A stretch of 64,000 nucleotides of DNA, taken from IMG/VR virus record IMGVR_UViG_3300009163_000019. One strand, given 5' to 3'. The notes beneath the pieces are model-generated. The model saw nothing but the letters and a program-made list of their open reading frames with translations, made no database searches and had not been told where the DNA came from. The position numbers were made by a program, and so were the translations under genes. The DNA comes from a virus. Position 1 is the stretch's first letter; every line of letters starts with the position of its first letter. Shown here piece by piece: positions 17,833-29,016 of this stretch.

Positions 17833-18450
17833 ATGACAATAAGTTATGCAATACCAGTTTGTAATGAACATGAAGAATTAGATAGACTATTAAATCTTTT
17901 AATAAAAAATAAAAGACCAGAAGATGAAATAGTAGTTCAAGCAGATTTAGGAAATGCGACAAAAGAAGTCTATAGTGTAATAGATAAATTTATACAAAGT
18001 ATTAAATTAGTAGAGTTTCCATTAAAAGCAGATTTTGCTACATTTAAAAACAATCTAAAAAAGAATTGCTCAGGAGACTGGATATTTCAAATCGATGCAG
18101 ATGAATACTTAAGTTATCAATTAATACATGACTTGCATTTAATACTGCAACAAAATCCTGAAATTGATGTATTTTTATTAGCTAGGATAAATACTGTTGA
18201 AGGATTAACTCAACAACATGTAAATACTTGGAGATGGAATGTAAATGAAAAAGGCCGGGTAAATTTCCCAGATTTTCAAACAAGAATATTACAGAATTCT
18301 CCTAAAATAAACTGGGTTAATAAAGTTCATGAAGTATTAACTGGACATAATTCATATTCTTTTTTCCCATTAGAAGATGAATATTGTTTGATTCATCCAA
18401 AAACAATAGAGAGACAAGAAAAACAAAATACATTTTATAATTTAATTTAG
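17833..18450 (+). CDS. GT2 glycosyltransferase
   Basis: ISYAIPVCNE, IDADE, PDFQTR, KVHE. Confidence 0.9.
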   Translation: MTISYAIPVCNEHEELDRLLNLLIKNKRPEDEIVVQADLGNATKEVYSVIDKFIQSIKLVEFPLKADFATFKNNLKKNCSGDWIFQIDADEYLSYQLIHDLHLILQQNPEIDVFLLARINTVEGLTQQHVNTWRWNVNEKGRVNFPDFQTRILQNSPKINWVNKVHEVLTGHNSYSFFPLEDEYCLIHPKTIERQEKQNTFYNLI

Positions 18451-18452
18451 TT

Positions 18453-19817
18453 ATGAAAGAAGCATATCAAGATTTAGAAGGTTATAAAAATAGTTTAGTT
18501 ACCGAGAAACAAATTTTAGAATTAGTAGATAAATTTATAAAGCAAAAGCATAGTAGAAAATCTTGGGAAGCTGGTAAAGATTGGGTACAATATGCTGGCC
18601 CTTATTTTTCCTCAGATGAGTATGTAGCTGCTGTTAAAAGTTTATTAACTGAGTGGTTAGTATTAGGAGCAGAAGCAAATAAATTTGAAACTAAATTTCC
18701 TAAAAAGTTTGGTAAAACTTTTGGTCTATTAGCAAATTCTGGATCTAGTGCTAATTTACTTATGATGTTAGCATTAACATCTAAAAGAGGGCATAATCTT
18801 CCTAAAGGAACAAAAGTAATTACTCCTATTGCAGGATTTCCAACAACAATTAATCCTATATTGCAAGTAGGATTTACTCCGGTATTTGTAGATATAGAAC
18901 TTAAAACTCTTAATCTAGATTTAGATCAAGTAGAAAAAGTTTGTATTGATAATCCTGATGCTAAGATTATTACCTTTGCTCATGTACTTGGAAATCCTCC
19001 TAATATGAATAGATTAATGGAGATAGTTGAAAAGTATAAATTAATATTATTAGAAGATTGTTGCGATGCCTTAGGATCTACGTATGAAGGGAAACCTTTA
19101 GGATCTTACGGAGAATTAGCAAGTTGCTCATTTTATCCAGCGCATCATATGACTATGGCAGAAGGAGGATTTGTTGCTTGTAAAGATGAAAATACAGAAA
19201 AGATTATTAGAAGTTTTAGAGAGTGGGGTCGTGGTTGTTATTGCATTGGTAAACAAAACTTATTAGAAAAAGGATCATGCGGTTGTAGATTCAATACATG
19301 GCTACCATCACTACCTAATGATTTGTTCGACCATAAATATGTCTATGAAGAGATTGGCTATAATTTGAAACCCATTGAGCTTCAGGCAGCAATTGGATTA
19401 GTACAAATGGAAAAACTTGATGAGATTGGTAGACTTCGTAAAGAAAATTATAAAAATCTATTTAGTGCATTTAAAAAGTACGAACAATACTTTCATTTAC
19501 ATGAAGCACAACCAGGAGCAGATGTAGATTGGTTCGCATTTCCTGTAACACTTAAAGATGATGCACCTTTTAAGAGATCTGATATTTGTCAATTTTTTGA
19601 AGCAAATAAAATACAAACAAGACCATATTTTGCAGGAAATATTATGCTACAACCAGCGTATGAAGGTTTAATGGATCCAGTAGAAGTTGTTACTAAATTT
19701 CCAATTGCAAGGAAAGTAACCACAGATACATTTTTTCTAGGAACATCACCAGTAATTAATAAACAAAAAACAGATTATATAGAATCAATTTTAGACAATT
19801 ATATAAATACACTATGA
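18453..19817 (+). CDS. rfbH: NDP-4-keto-6-deoxyglucose 3-dehydratase E1 (RfbH/DdhC)
   Basis: NSGSSANLL, EDCCDALG, SFYPAHHMT (His instead of Lys), GRGCYC...CGCRF Fe-S motif, DHKY, GYNLK. Confidence 0.9.
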   Translation: MKEAYQDLEGYKNSLVTEKQILELVDKFIKQKHSRKSWEAGKDWVQYAGPYFSSDEYVAAVKSLLTEWLVLGAEANKFETKFPKKFGKTFGLLANSGSSANLLMMLALTSKRGHNLPKGTKVITPIAGFPTTINPILQVGFTPVFVDIELKTLNLDLDQVEKVCIDNPDAKIITFAHVLGNPPNMNRLMEIVEKYKLILLEDCCDALGSTYEGKPLGSYGELASCSFYPAHHMTMAEGGFVACKDENTEKIIRSFREWGRGCYCIGKQNLLEKGSCGCRFNTWLPSLPNDLFDHKYVYEEIGYNLKPIELQAAIGLVQMEKLDEIGRLRKENYKNLFSAFKKYEQYFHLHEAQPGADVDWFAFPVTLKDDAPFKRSDICQFFEANKIQTRPYFAGNIMLQPAYEGLMDPVEVVTKFPIARKVTTDTFFLGTSPVINKQKTDYIESILDNYINTL

Positions 19818-20791
19818 GTAAAAAAAGAGCATTAATAACAGGAATCAATGGAATGGATGGTTCACATCTAGCAGACTTTTTATTAGCAAGAGGAGACTAT
19901 GAAGTATTTGGTCTTGAAAGAAGGAAAGCAACGTACTATTCACCAAATATTTCACATTTAGCCGGTAAAATCACGCTCTTAAAAGGAGATCTTTCTGATC
20001 AAAATTCTTTATTAAGAGCAATAAAAGAATGTGAACCTCATGAAGTTTATAATTTAGGAGCTCAATCATTTGTTGGAGAAAGCTGGGCAATGCCAGAACA
20101 AACATCTGATATTACTGGTTTAGGTGCATTAAGAGTACTTGAGGCAATTCGAGAGAATGGTAATAAAGAGATTAAATTTTATCAAGCATCATCTTCTGAG
20201 ATGTTAGGTAAAAAAGGTGGAGTTGCAAATGAAGAAACTACATTTTATCCGTGCTCTCCTTATGGAGTATCTAAACTATATGCTCATTGGATTACTAAAA
20301 ATTATAGGGAGTCTCATGGCATGTTTGCCGTAAGTGGTATATTATTTAATCACGAATCAGAAAGAAGAGGACATGAATTTGTTACTCGTAAAATTTCTGA
20401 TGGTGTAGCTAAAATTCATTTAGGTTTAGCAGACTATATTTCATTAGGTAATTTAGATGCTTCTAGAGATTGGGGATATGCGCCTGATTATGTAGAAGGG
20501 ATGTGGATGATGATGCAACAAGAAAAATCAGATGACTATGTTTTAGCAACAGGAGAAACACATTCAATTAGAGATTTTTTAGATAATGCATTTAATTATG
20601 TAGGTATACAAGACTGGTCTAAATATATTAAAACAGATCCTAAATTCCTTAGACCAGTAGAAGTAAGTTATCTTTTAGGAGACGCAAGTAAAGCTAAAAA
20701 TGTTTTAGGTTGGAAACCAAAAACACCTTTTAAAGATCTAGTAAATATTATGGTAAAAAACGATATTAAATTATTAACTCAAAATAAATAA
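19814..20791 (+). CDS. gmd: GDP-mannose 4,6-dehydratase
   Basis: ALITGINGMDGSHL, AQSFV, SPYGVSK, FNHES, FVTRKI, RDWG. Confidence 0.92.
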   Translation: MSKKRALITGINGMDGSHLADFLLARGDYEVFGLERRKATYYSPNISHLAGKITLLKGDLSDQNSLLRAIKECEPHEVYNLGAQSFVGESWAMPEQTSDITGLGALRVLEAIRENGNKEIKFYQASSSEMLGKKGGVANEETTFYPCSPYGVSKLYAHWITKNYRESHGMFAVSGILFNHESERRGHEFVTRKISDGVAKIHLGLADYISLGNLDASRDWGYAPDYVEGMWMMMQQEKSDDYVLATGETHSIRDFLDNAFNYVGIQDWSKYIKTDPKFLRPVEVSYLLGDASKAKNVLGWKPKTPFKDLVNIMVKNDIKLLTQNK

Positions 20792-20797
20792 ATCAAA

Positions 20798-22021
20798 ATG
20801 AAAGTTGTAACATTAGGAGATCACTATGTATCCGATTTTATTAAATCAGAATCTGATTATCAAGGAAGAAAAAAGTATAGTTTAGATTTAGTATTAAATG
20901 AAGAAATAGGTGCGCCGCATCTTACTGAAATACCACCTTCAGAAACAATGTGGGGACAATATTGGTATCGTTCTGGAATTAATGCTACAATGACTAAAGA
21001 ACTTGGAAACATTGTTGAAGAAATTAAATCAAGAATTAAATATAAAGAAGGTGATGTTTGGTTAGATATTGCATGCAATGATGGAACTTTACTTAAACAA
21101 GTACCTAATGAGTTTATCAAATTAGGTATAGATCCAGCAGACGATACATTTGTTGCAGAATCATCTAAAGTAGCTAACTCTATTATACAAGATTACTTTA
21201 GTTACGACGCGTATAAAAAAACAGGATGTGGAGATAAAAAAGCAAAAGTAATAACTACAATTGCTATGTTCTACGATTTATTAGATCCTAATCCATTTAT
21301 TAAAGATGTTATTAAAGTATTAGACGATAACGGAATATGGGTATTGCAATTGTCTTATACTCCCTTAATGATTAAACAATTAGCGTTTGATAATATTTGT
21401 CACGAGCACGCTTACTATCATTCAATGGAATCATTTAAAAAATTATTTCAACAACATGATCTAAAAATTGTAGATTGTAGTTTGAATGATGTAAATGGTG
21501 GTAGTTTTAGAGTTTATGTCCAAAAGAATATAGCAGATGTAACTTCATTTGGAACTAGTCCATTAAGAGACGTTTGTAATTTTAGAGTTCAATCACTACT
21601 TGATTACGAGAATGCTCATTTTAATATGAACGACATTAAGGTTTGGGAAAAATTCCAATCTGATATTGAAGAATTAAGAGAAAAAACTGTTGCCTTTATT
21701 AAGGAAGAAAAAGCCAAAGGTAAAGTTATTTGCGGATATGGTGCTTCAACCAAAGGAAATACTCTATTACAATGGTTTGGTTTAGATCATACTTTGATTG
21801 ATGCTATTGCTGAACGTTCTCCTTATAAATTCGGTTTAAAAACAATTGGAACTAACATTCCTATTATCTCAGAAGAAGAAATGAGAAAATTAAATCCTGA
21901 TTATATGTTAGTATTACCTTGGCATTTCATAGCTGAATTTATTCAAAGAGAAGACGAATATCTAAGTAATGGAGGAAAGTTTATTGTACCATGTCCTAAA
22001 TTTGAAATAATAGGAAAATAA
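20798..22021 (+). CDS. NDP-sugar C-methyltransferase
   Basis: YWYRSG, LDIACNDG, ICHEH, GYGASTKGN, LPWHF. Confidence 0.85.
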   Translation: MKVVTLGDHYVSDFIKSESDYQGRKKYSLDLVLNEEIGAPHLTEIPPSETMWGQYWYRSGINATMTKELGNIVEEIKSRIKYKEGDVWLDIACNDGTLLKQVPNEFIKLGIDPADDTFVAESSKVANSIIQDYFSYDAYKKTGCGDKKAKVITTIAMFYDLLDPNPFIKDVIKVLDDNGIWVLQLSYTPLMIKQLAFDNICHEHAYYHSMESFKKLFQQHDLKIVDCSLNDVNGGSFRVYVQKNIADVTSFGTSPLRDVCNFRVQSLLDYENAHFNMNDIKVWEKFQSDIEELREKTVAFIKEEKAKGKVICGYGASTKGNTLLQWFGLDHTLIDAIAERSPYKFGLKTIGTNIPIISEEEMRKLNPDYMLVLPWHFIAEFIQREDEYLSNGGKFIVPCPKFEIIGK

Positions 22022-23550
22022 TGAAGATATATTTTATTAATAGCAAGAAAAAAAATTGCGGAGTATATCAGTATGGTCTTAGAATATGGGACTCTGTAAA
22101 AGATTCTAATTTAGATATTGAATATTTTGAAATAGAAAATATTGAAGAATTTAATAAATTAGATTTCAATGGAGTAGATATTATATTTTTTAATTGGATA
22201 GAAGGTGGATCTACAGGACCATTTGGATGGTACAATTATGTTGTAGCATTAGAATTAAAAGCTAAATATAATATAACTACAGTAACAGTAATGCACACTC
22301 CTGATTTTAGTAGTACTGTTTTTGACTATTATATAGATCAAAATACTGTTAATAGTGGTTTTATTAGGCCTCTATATAATTATGATATTTCAAAACCTAA
22401 ACTTAAAAATGATATTGTTAATATAGGATCTTTTGGATTTGCAGGAGATCACAAAGGTTTTGATGATATAGTGGCAATGGTTAATGAACAATACGATCAA
22501 GCACAAATTAATTTACATATAACTAATGCACATTACGGTGACGCAGAAGGTATACATCAACATAGAATAATAGATAAAATACAGGCTATAGAAAGAAAAC
22601 CTGAAATTAAATTAAATATTACTAGTGAATTTCTTACTAATGAACAAATATTAGATTTTGTTTATAAAAATGATATCATCATACTAGGATATAAAGGAAC
22701 TAGAGATATATCAGGAGTTCCAGACTATGCCATATCTGCAAATACACCAATTGGAGTTACTAGCGTAGGAAGTTTTAATCATGTATATAAAGAAGATATA
22801 GATATCTCTTTGCATACAATACCAGAAATATTAGAGTATAATCTAAAAAACAATTATCCAGAGGTTTTAAGAAAAGAATGGTCTAGAGAAAATATGATTT
22901 CTTGTTTTGAAAATCTTATGAAACTAATATATGAAAATATGGAATTAAAATCTTATTCTCAAGTTTGTCAAGATCAATTTGCTCTAAAATTAATTGGCAA
23001 GAATGGATATTTTTTAGATCTAGGAGCTGGATGGGATCCTTCATTAGTAAATAGTAATACTTTACTATTAGAAGAAAATGGTTGGAATGGAGTGTGTATA
23101 GAAGGAAATCCACAGTCTGCTGAAAGACGTAGAGAAGCTGCTATAAGAGCAGAAGTACTTTGCGTATATGTTCCTCAAACAACAATATCAGAAATATTAA
23201 AATCTGTAAATGCACCTAAAGTTATAGATTATGTTTCTTTAGATATAGAACCTATGACAATAATAGGATTAGAAAATTTTCCTTTTGATGAATATGAATT
23301 TAAAGTATTAACTTTTGAACACGATTTTTATGTTCATGGACCTAAACAAAAAGATGATGCTCATGAAATATTAACTAAACAAGGATACATTAGATTATGT
23401 AATAATGTAAATATTCCTGAAGAGGGTGGATTAGGTTTATATTTTGAGGATTGGTATATTAATCCAAAATATTTTTCTAAAGAATTCATTGAGCAAAATA
23501 CATTCAGTGAAATTTTAGGTCCTAGTGTTATAAAAAAATTAAAAAAATGA
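22021..23550 (+). CDS. GT-B-like domain fused to an FkbM-type methyltransferase
   Basis: CGVYQYG, GSFGF..HKG; C-terminal SQVCQD, FLDLGA, SNT.LLE, IDYVSLDIE. Confidence 0.75.
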   Translation: MKIYFINSKKKNCGVYQYGLRIWDSVKDSNLDIEYFEIENIEEFNKLDFNGVDIIFFNWIEGGSTGPFGWYNYVVALELKAKYNITTVTVMHTPDFSSTVFDYYIDQNTVNSGFIRPLYNYDISKPKLKNDIVNIGSFGFAGDHKGFDDIVAMVNEQYDQAQINLHITNAHYGDAEGIHQHRIIDKIQAIERKPEIKLNITSEFLTNEQILDFVYKNDIIILGYKGTRDISGVPDYAISANTPIGVTSVGSFNHVYKEDIDISLHTIPEILEYNLKNNYPEVLRKEWSRENMISCFENLMKLIYENMELKSYSQVCQDQFALKLIGKNGYFLDLGAGWDPSLVNSNTLLLEENGWNGVCIEGNPQSAERRREAAIRAEVLCVYVPQTTISEILKSVNAPKVIDYVSLDIEPMTIIGLENFPFDEYEFKVLTFEHDFYVHGPKQKDDAHEILTKQGYIRLCNNVNIPEEGGLGLYFEDWYINPKYFSKEFIEQNTFSEILGPSVIKKLKK

Positions 23551-24206
23551 TACATTCAAATTCAGAAGCAGATACTCCTAATTTAGCATTTGATGCATTA
23601 TACGAAAATTTTTTAAAAAAAATAGATGAAAATATTTCTTCACATGAATTAGTAGTTGTTGATGTTGGTGCTGGACCTCCTTTTGATTATTCAAATATGA
23701 AAATTTTTAGAGAAATGGGAGCTAAAGTAGTTTGTATAGATCCTATGCCTAGTCATATAAAAATGTTTGAAAGTGTAGGACTCCCTATTTTACAATATGC
23801 AGTAATAGAAGACGATTCATTATCAGAAGTTTTATTTAGAGAATTTCCTAACTCAGGACATCGTGGATTAGCTGGATCTACAATAGCTTCTGTATCAGAT
23901 TCACTTAAAGGATGCGAGCCACATTTAGGAGATCCGGTTCATTACATGGTCCCAGCTAAATCTTTAACCTCTATACTAAAACAACATCACCCAGAAATTA
24001 CTGACATAGACGTATTAGATATAGATACTGAAGGAAATGAAATTGGGATATTAAAAGGATTGGATTTAAATTATTATAAACCAAAAGTATTAATAATTGA
24101 AAACATATATGTAGAAACTAGTGGTTATGATGATTATTATAAATCAATAGGATACACTAAATATGCTAGATGTACACATAATGATATTGTTATAAGAAAT
24201 ATATAA
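23547..24206 (+). CDS. FkbM family methyltransferase
   Basis: VVDVGAG, IDVLDIDTEGNE, PKVLIIE. Confidence 0.85.
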   Translation: MIHSNSEADTPNLAFDALYENFLKKIDENISSHELVVVDVGAGPPFDYSNMKIFREMGAKVVCIDPMPSHIKMFESVGLPILQYAVIEDDSLSEVLFREFPNSGHRGLAGSTIASVSDSLKGCEPHLGDPVHYMVPAKSLTSILKQHHPEITDIDVLDIDTEGNEIGILKGLDLNYYKPKVLIIENIYVETSGYDDYYKSIGYTKYARCTHNDIVIRNI

Positions 24207-24207
24207 T

Positions 24208-24459
24208 ATGGAAACTATAGGTAACTTAATTGATAAATTGACAATTGCTAATATTCGTATTTGGATGGCAGAAGATATTAAAAGAGATAAGAATGCCACT
24301 GATAAACAAATAGCTGATGCTACTAAAATTACTAATACAGCAAATTCGTATAGGACAGATCTAATACAGGAAATAGATGAGACTATAAATGAAATGATTA
24401 GCACAGGAAAATTACAAAAATTATATAAACAAGGATCAAGTAAGATGTATGGTAAATAA
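24208..24459 (+). CDS. DUF4254-like helical protein
   Basis: TIGNLIDKLTI...IWMAED...RTDLIQEID. Confidence 0.6.
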   Translation: METIGNLIDKLTIANIRIWMAEDIKRDKNATDKQIADATKITNTANSYRTDLIQEIDETINEMISTGKLQKLYKQGSSKMYGK

Positions 24460-25249
24460 TTTTTTAATGGGAGGTAAGTTAGGGGATTTTTTACATGCAA
24501 TGTTTGCAGTAAAGCATATCTGTAAAGAACAGAATATAAAAGCTAACATCTATATGTATGATATAGGTTGGGAATTTGGTATAAATAACACCTACTCAGA
24601 ACTTAAAACTATAATGTTAAATCAAGATTATGTAAATTCATTTAATATATTAGAAAATTACGAATTAGATCAAGAACAAACATCAGAAAAAAATAGTCCT
24701 ATAAAAATATTTAATCCTGTTTTATTATCTGAGGGATATATTGATTTAGGGTCATATATAAGGTCTCCTTGGTTATATAAAACTTGCTGGTCAGAATTAT
24801 ATAGTAAAACATTTAATTTTTCTATTGGTAAAGATTACTCTTGGATAAAATATAATACTATAGATGAAAAATTTATAGGAAAAGTATTAATTCATAGGAG
24901 AAATAATCCTATTAGAATGAATAATAATTTTCCATATTTAGAAATATTAGAAAGATATAAAGACAATATTTTATTTATATCTTCAAGTGATAAAGACTAT
25001 GAAGTATTTCCATATAAAGAAAATATACCGTTTTTAAAAGTTAATACACTAGATCAATGGTTTACTGCAATTAATTCATGTTCTTTAATAATATCCAATT
25101 TATCTTCCCCAGCAGTTATGGCACATGCAATAGATAAATTAAGAATAATAGAACTTCCAAATGTTATAGATATAATTCATACTGTTGGAGAAGAGAAATA
25201 TTCTAAAAATATACACTGGTATTTAGATAATGATCATCATAATTTATAA
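24449..25249 (+). CDS. GT9-like glycosyltransferase
   Basis: GKLGDFL; AINSCSLIISNLSSPAVMAHA. Confidence 0.6.
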   Translation: MVNNFLMGGKLGDFLHAMFAVKHICKEQNIKANIYMYDIGWEFGINNTYSELKTIMLNQDYVNSFNILENYELDQEQTSEKNSPIKIFNPVLLSEGYIDLGSYIRSPWLYKTCWSELYSKTFNFSIGKDYSWIKYNTIDEKFIGKVLIHRRNNPIRMNNNFPYLEILERYKDNILFISSSDKDYEVFPYKENIPFLKVNTLDQWFTAINSCSLIISNLSSPAVMAHAIDKLRIIELPNVIDIIHTVGEEKYSKNIHWYLDNDHHNL

Positions 25250-25251
25250 AA

Positions 25252-26094
25252 ATGAAAAAATTTTTAATTAGTACGCATGGATTTAATATGGGAATTGGGG
25301 GTTTAAAAGTACTGCATAAACTATGCCATCTCTTAAATGAAAAAGGATACGATGCTTATTTAATACCATTAAATTTTAATGAACCTTTTGGCATTTATGA
25401 AAATTATAATGTTAAAATGGTTACCCAAGAAGTATTAGACAATTTAGAAAATGTAGTTGTCATATATCCTGAGAGTTGGTATGGAAATTATTTAAATGCA
25501 CCAAATGTTGTTAGGTGGATGATAGGACCTCCTAGCGAAGTCCATATAAATACCTGGTCAGATAAAGATTTATGGTTTTGGTATATTCCATATTATATTA
25601 CAGAAAAATATAATAAAAATAAAAATAATGTATTGTATATAGGAGAACAACATAGAGATATATTTTATGATCAAAAATTATATAGATCAGGATCTTGTTG
25701 GTCTTTACGTAAAGCACAAAATATAGTAAAGCCAGAAGATTATATACATCCACAAGATAGTACTTTTATACCGTATAATGCAGCAGGTGATTTAATAGGT
25801 CTATCAGATTTATTTAACTCAAAAGATACTTTTTATTGTTATGACAATTATACTTATATTAGCATACAGAGTTTAATGTGTAATACAGATACTGTTATAA
25901 TCCCCTCTAAAAAGACTAAACAAGAATTTCAAAATGGATATGAACTAAATAAATATTTAGCTTATGGTATAGATGATTTACCAAGAGCTAAAAGTATTAG
26001 AAATGAATTCTTTGATCATTTAAATAGGATAGAAGAAAATACAGAAAAACAATTAGATAAGTTTATAGAAATATGTTATGACTACTTTAAATGA
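25252..26094 (+). CDS. WavQ-like glycosyltransferase-associated protein
   Basis: GGLKVLHKLCHLLN, VVIYPE, NYLNAPNVVRW. Confidence 0.65.
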   Translation: MKKFLISTHGFNMGIGGLKVLHKLCHLLNEKGYDAYLIPLNFNEPFGIYENYNVKMVTQEVLDNLENVVVIYPESWYGNYLNAPNVVRWMIGPPSEVHINTWSDKDLWFWYIPYYITEKYNKNKNNVLYIGEQHRDIFYDQKLYRSGSCWSLRKAQNIVKPEDYIHPQDSTFIPYNAAGDLIGLSDLFNSKDTFYCYDNYTYISIQSLMCNTDTVIIPSKKTKQEFQNGYELNKYLAYGIDDLPRAKSIRNEFFDHLNRIEENTEKQLDKFIEICYDYFK

Positions 26095-27097
26095 TTTTAG
26101 TTTTTTAATAGTTACATTAGCAAAAGATGTAGAGAGGCTTCATCTAGCGTATGAATCAATAAGATCCGCATATCCAGATAATGAGATCGTTATTGTTTAT
26201 GATAATATAAATGATATACAACTTAATAAAGAAGATAAAAATCTTATAGAAATATATACTGATAAGAGAGTCTATGTTAGTGGTGGTTATAATCTAGCGC
26301 TTAAACATAGTACTAAAAAATGTTTTGTATTATTCCACGATGATACTTTTTTAGCTAAAGGGTTTTTAGAAAATATAATACCGTATATATCAGAAAAAAC
26401 TTTTTGTAATTTTAGTACAGTAGAACCTCCAATATACAATGATCCTAATACATTTCAAAAACCAATAAAAGATTTTGGGAGGGATCCAAAGACATTTGAT
26501 CTCTATAAATTTAATGAGTTTTGTGAAGAGCATATAAAAAAATTACCTGCCCAAACTGCAGAGTCTCCATTTGGAGGTTTCTTTATGGCCGGATATAAAA
26601 GTTCTATGGAAAGTGTTGGAGGTTTTGATGAGTATTTTCAACCTTATTTTTATGAGGATTCTGATTTAATGATAAGACTTCATGAAGCAGGATATAATTT
26701 TATCCACGTATTTGGAAGTCTGGTATATCACATGGGTAGTTTAACTTCTAGAGCCGGCCAAGAAGGTATAGATGCATCAATAATAACTAGAAATTTATTT
26801 ATAAAAAAATGGAAAACTCCTTTTGAGTATATTAAACATTATACACTATCAAATGGAATACCATATAAAAAAATACCTGTACAAATTATATGTGAAAATT
26901 GTAAACCTGAATTATCAGAATATATAAGTTTAATAAGTGAATCAGGAAGTGATATTAAAATATTCTTTGATCAAAATAAATTAACTCAACAAGATTTTGA
27001 ATATTTGCAAGCACTTCCGTATATATTACAATCTATAGAAGAACCAGGTGATTATGAAATTGGATGTTTAAAAGTAAAATATAAAGTAAATGAATAA
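26078..27097 (+). CDS. GT2 glycosyltransferase
   Basis: FHDD, GGFDEYF, YEDSDL, VYH. Confidence 0.85.
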   Translation: MTTLNDFSFLIVTLAKDVERLHLAYESIRSAYPDNEIVIVYDNINDIQLNKEDKNLIEIYTDKRVYVSGGYNLALKHSTKKCFVLFHDDTFLAKGFLENIIPYISEKTFCNFSTVEPPIYNDPNTFQKPIKDFGRDPKTFDLYKFNEFCEEHIKKLPAQTAESPFGGFFMAGYKSSMESVGGFDEYFQPYFYEDSDLMIRLHEAGYNFIHVFGSLVYHMGSLTSRAGQEGIDASIITRNLFIKKWKTPFEYIKHYTLSNGIPYKKIPVQIICENCKPELSEYISLISESGSDIKIFFDQNKLTQQDFEYLQALPYILQSIEEPGDYEIGCLKVKYKVNE

Positions 27098-28058
27098 AAT
27101 AGTAGTATCTAATTTAATGAGGGCAAAAAATAAACAATCTTTTTTTGCACTACATCAACTACAGTCTAAAATAAGAAGCGTCTATCCAGATGTGCAAATA
27201 GATTTTCACATTCTGTGGGATAATGAAAACGAATTAAATCTTAAAGATGAAGAATATTGGAGTAATTTAATTGATAATAAAATAGAAAATTTATATTCCT
27301 ATAATAAAACTTTCTTTGATAACTATGTAGAAGAATATTATGGTTTAGACTATAAAGATAAATTTAAATTATGGAAACCAATATATTTCATATTAATGGC
27401 CCACTATTTAAGAAGAGTTAAGTTAGAGCATTACTATTTAATATATGATGATGATGTTTTAATTAATGATGATTTTAAACATATAACAGATTTATTAATA
27501 GAAAGAATACCTTTCGGTATAACAGAACCTGTAAATCCCGGATGTGATAAGGTATTATTTAAAAAATTACTAGATTTATATGGAATAGATTTTCAAAACA
27601 TATACCTTACTAGAAATCCAAAAGCTTTGGGATTTAATGCAGGATTTCAGGGTATGGATTTAAGTATATATGATAATTTTTTATCTACTGATAGATTTGA
27701 ATTATTACTAAATATATTTGAATATCAATCAATATATGATGAAAATGGAAATGAGATATGGGATAATAGAAGATTTTTTATAGATACCCAACAACAATCT
27801 TTTATGGGATTAATGAATACAGCAATATCTAAAAAAGATATTCATATATTAGATCCTGAAAAATATTTTGTTGTACCTAATTTTGGGCCACATCCAAAAT
27901 ACGGGCAATTAGATCCTGATGACGAACCAGATGGCGGTTGGAGATGGGGATTAGATTCTAAAATAACACACTTTATAGGACACACAAGAGGTAAAGGAAA
28001 GCCAAAACAATTTTTAGATAGGGTAGATCAATATTTAATAGAGAATAAATTTATGTAG
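27090..28058 (+). CDS. GT-A fold (GT8-like) glycosyltransferase
   Basis: YDDDVL, FNAGF, QQS, ITHFIG. Confidence 0.6.
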   Translation: MNKIVVSNLMRAKNKQSFFALHQLQSKIRSVYPDVQIDFHILWDNENELNLKDEEYWSNLIDNKIENLYSYNKTFFDNYVEEYYGLDYKDKFKLWKPIYFILMAHYLRRVKLEHYYLIYDDDVLINDDFKHITDLLIERIPFGITEPVNPGCDKVLFKKLLDLYGIDFQNIYLTRNPKALGFNAGFQGMDLSIYDNFLSTDRFELLLNIFEYQSIYDENGNEIWDNRRFFIDTQQQSFMGLMNTAISKKDIHILDPEKYFVVPNFGPHPKYGQLDPDDEPDGGWRWGLDSKITHFIGHTRGKGKPKQFLDRVDQYLIENKFM

Positions 28059-28059
28059 T

Positions 28060-29016
28060 ATGAAAAAAGTAGTTTATGTAACAGGTTGTTTAGGTCTTAT
28101 AGGAAGTCATATAACAAGAGCTTGTTTAAATAAAGGTTGGTATGTTAAAGGAGTTGATTCAATTACTTATGCCGCAAATGAAGATTTACTCATTGAATTT
28201 ATTTCTAATCCTAAATTTTCTTTTGTACACGCTGATATAAATGATCTTAAATTTTTATATGAATGTGATTACATTATTAATACTGCAGCAGAAACTCATG
28301 TAGGTAATTCAATTGCTAATTCAGATAAGTTCATAACTTCCAATATTAATGGAGTTCATAATTTGTTAGAGCTATTAAGAAATTATAGACAAGAGACAAC
28401 TAAAGTTCCTGTATTTTTACATTTTTCTACAGATGAAGTATATGGTGATATTGAAGAAGGAGCACACACAGAAAGTGACCTTCTTAAACCATCTAATCCA
28501 TATTCAGCTACTAAAGCTGCGGCAGATCAATTAATATTAGCTTGGAGCCGAACATATAAAATTCCTTATGTTATAGTAAGACCAACAAATAATTATGGTG
28601 TGGGTCAATATGTAGAAAAACTTATTCCTAAAGCTTGTAAGTACTTAACATTAGATAGAAAAATACCTCTTCATAATGGTGGATCACCAGTACGTAATTG
28701 GTTACATGCTGGAGATACTGCAGAAGCAATAATTAAAATAATAGAATCTAAAGTTAAAAATGAAATATTCAATATTGCAGGAGGATATGAGCAAACAAAT
28801 TTAGATACTATAAAGAAAGTTATTCATAATTATACAGGATTAAGTACATTTAATGTAGATAATTATATTGATACAGACTATTCTAGACCGGGACAAGACG
28901 TGAGGTACGCATTAGATGATAGTAAACTTAGAAATCTTGGATGGAAACCTGAAAAAAAGTTTGATATAGAAATTCATGAAATAGTTAGATACTATAAATC
29001 AAAATTTATATGGTAA
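28060..29016 (+). CDS. rfbB: dTDP-glucose 4,6-dehydratase-like enzyme
   Basis: TG..GLIG, AAETHV, STDEVYG, PYSATKA, NNYG, EKLIP, RPGQDVRY. Confidence 0.88.
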   Translation: MKKVVYVTGCLGLIGSHITRACLNKGWYVKGVDSITYAANEDLLIEFISNPKFSFVHADINDLKFLYECDYIINTAAETHVGNSIANSDKFITSNINGVHNLLELLRNYRQETTKVPVFLHFSTDEVYGDIEEGAHTESDLLKPSNPYSATKAAADQLILAWSRTYKIPYVIVRPTNNYGVGQYVEKLIPKACKYLTLDRKIPLHNGGSPVRNWLHAGDTAEAIIKIIESKVKNEIFNIAGGYEQTNLDTIKKVIHNYTGLSTFNVDNYIDTDYSRPGQDVRYALDDSKLRNLGWKPEKKFDIEIHEIVRYYKSKFIW

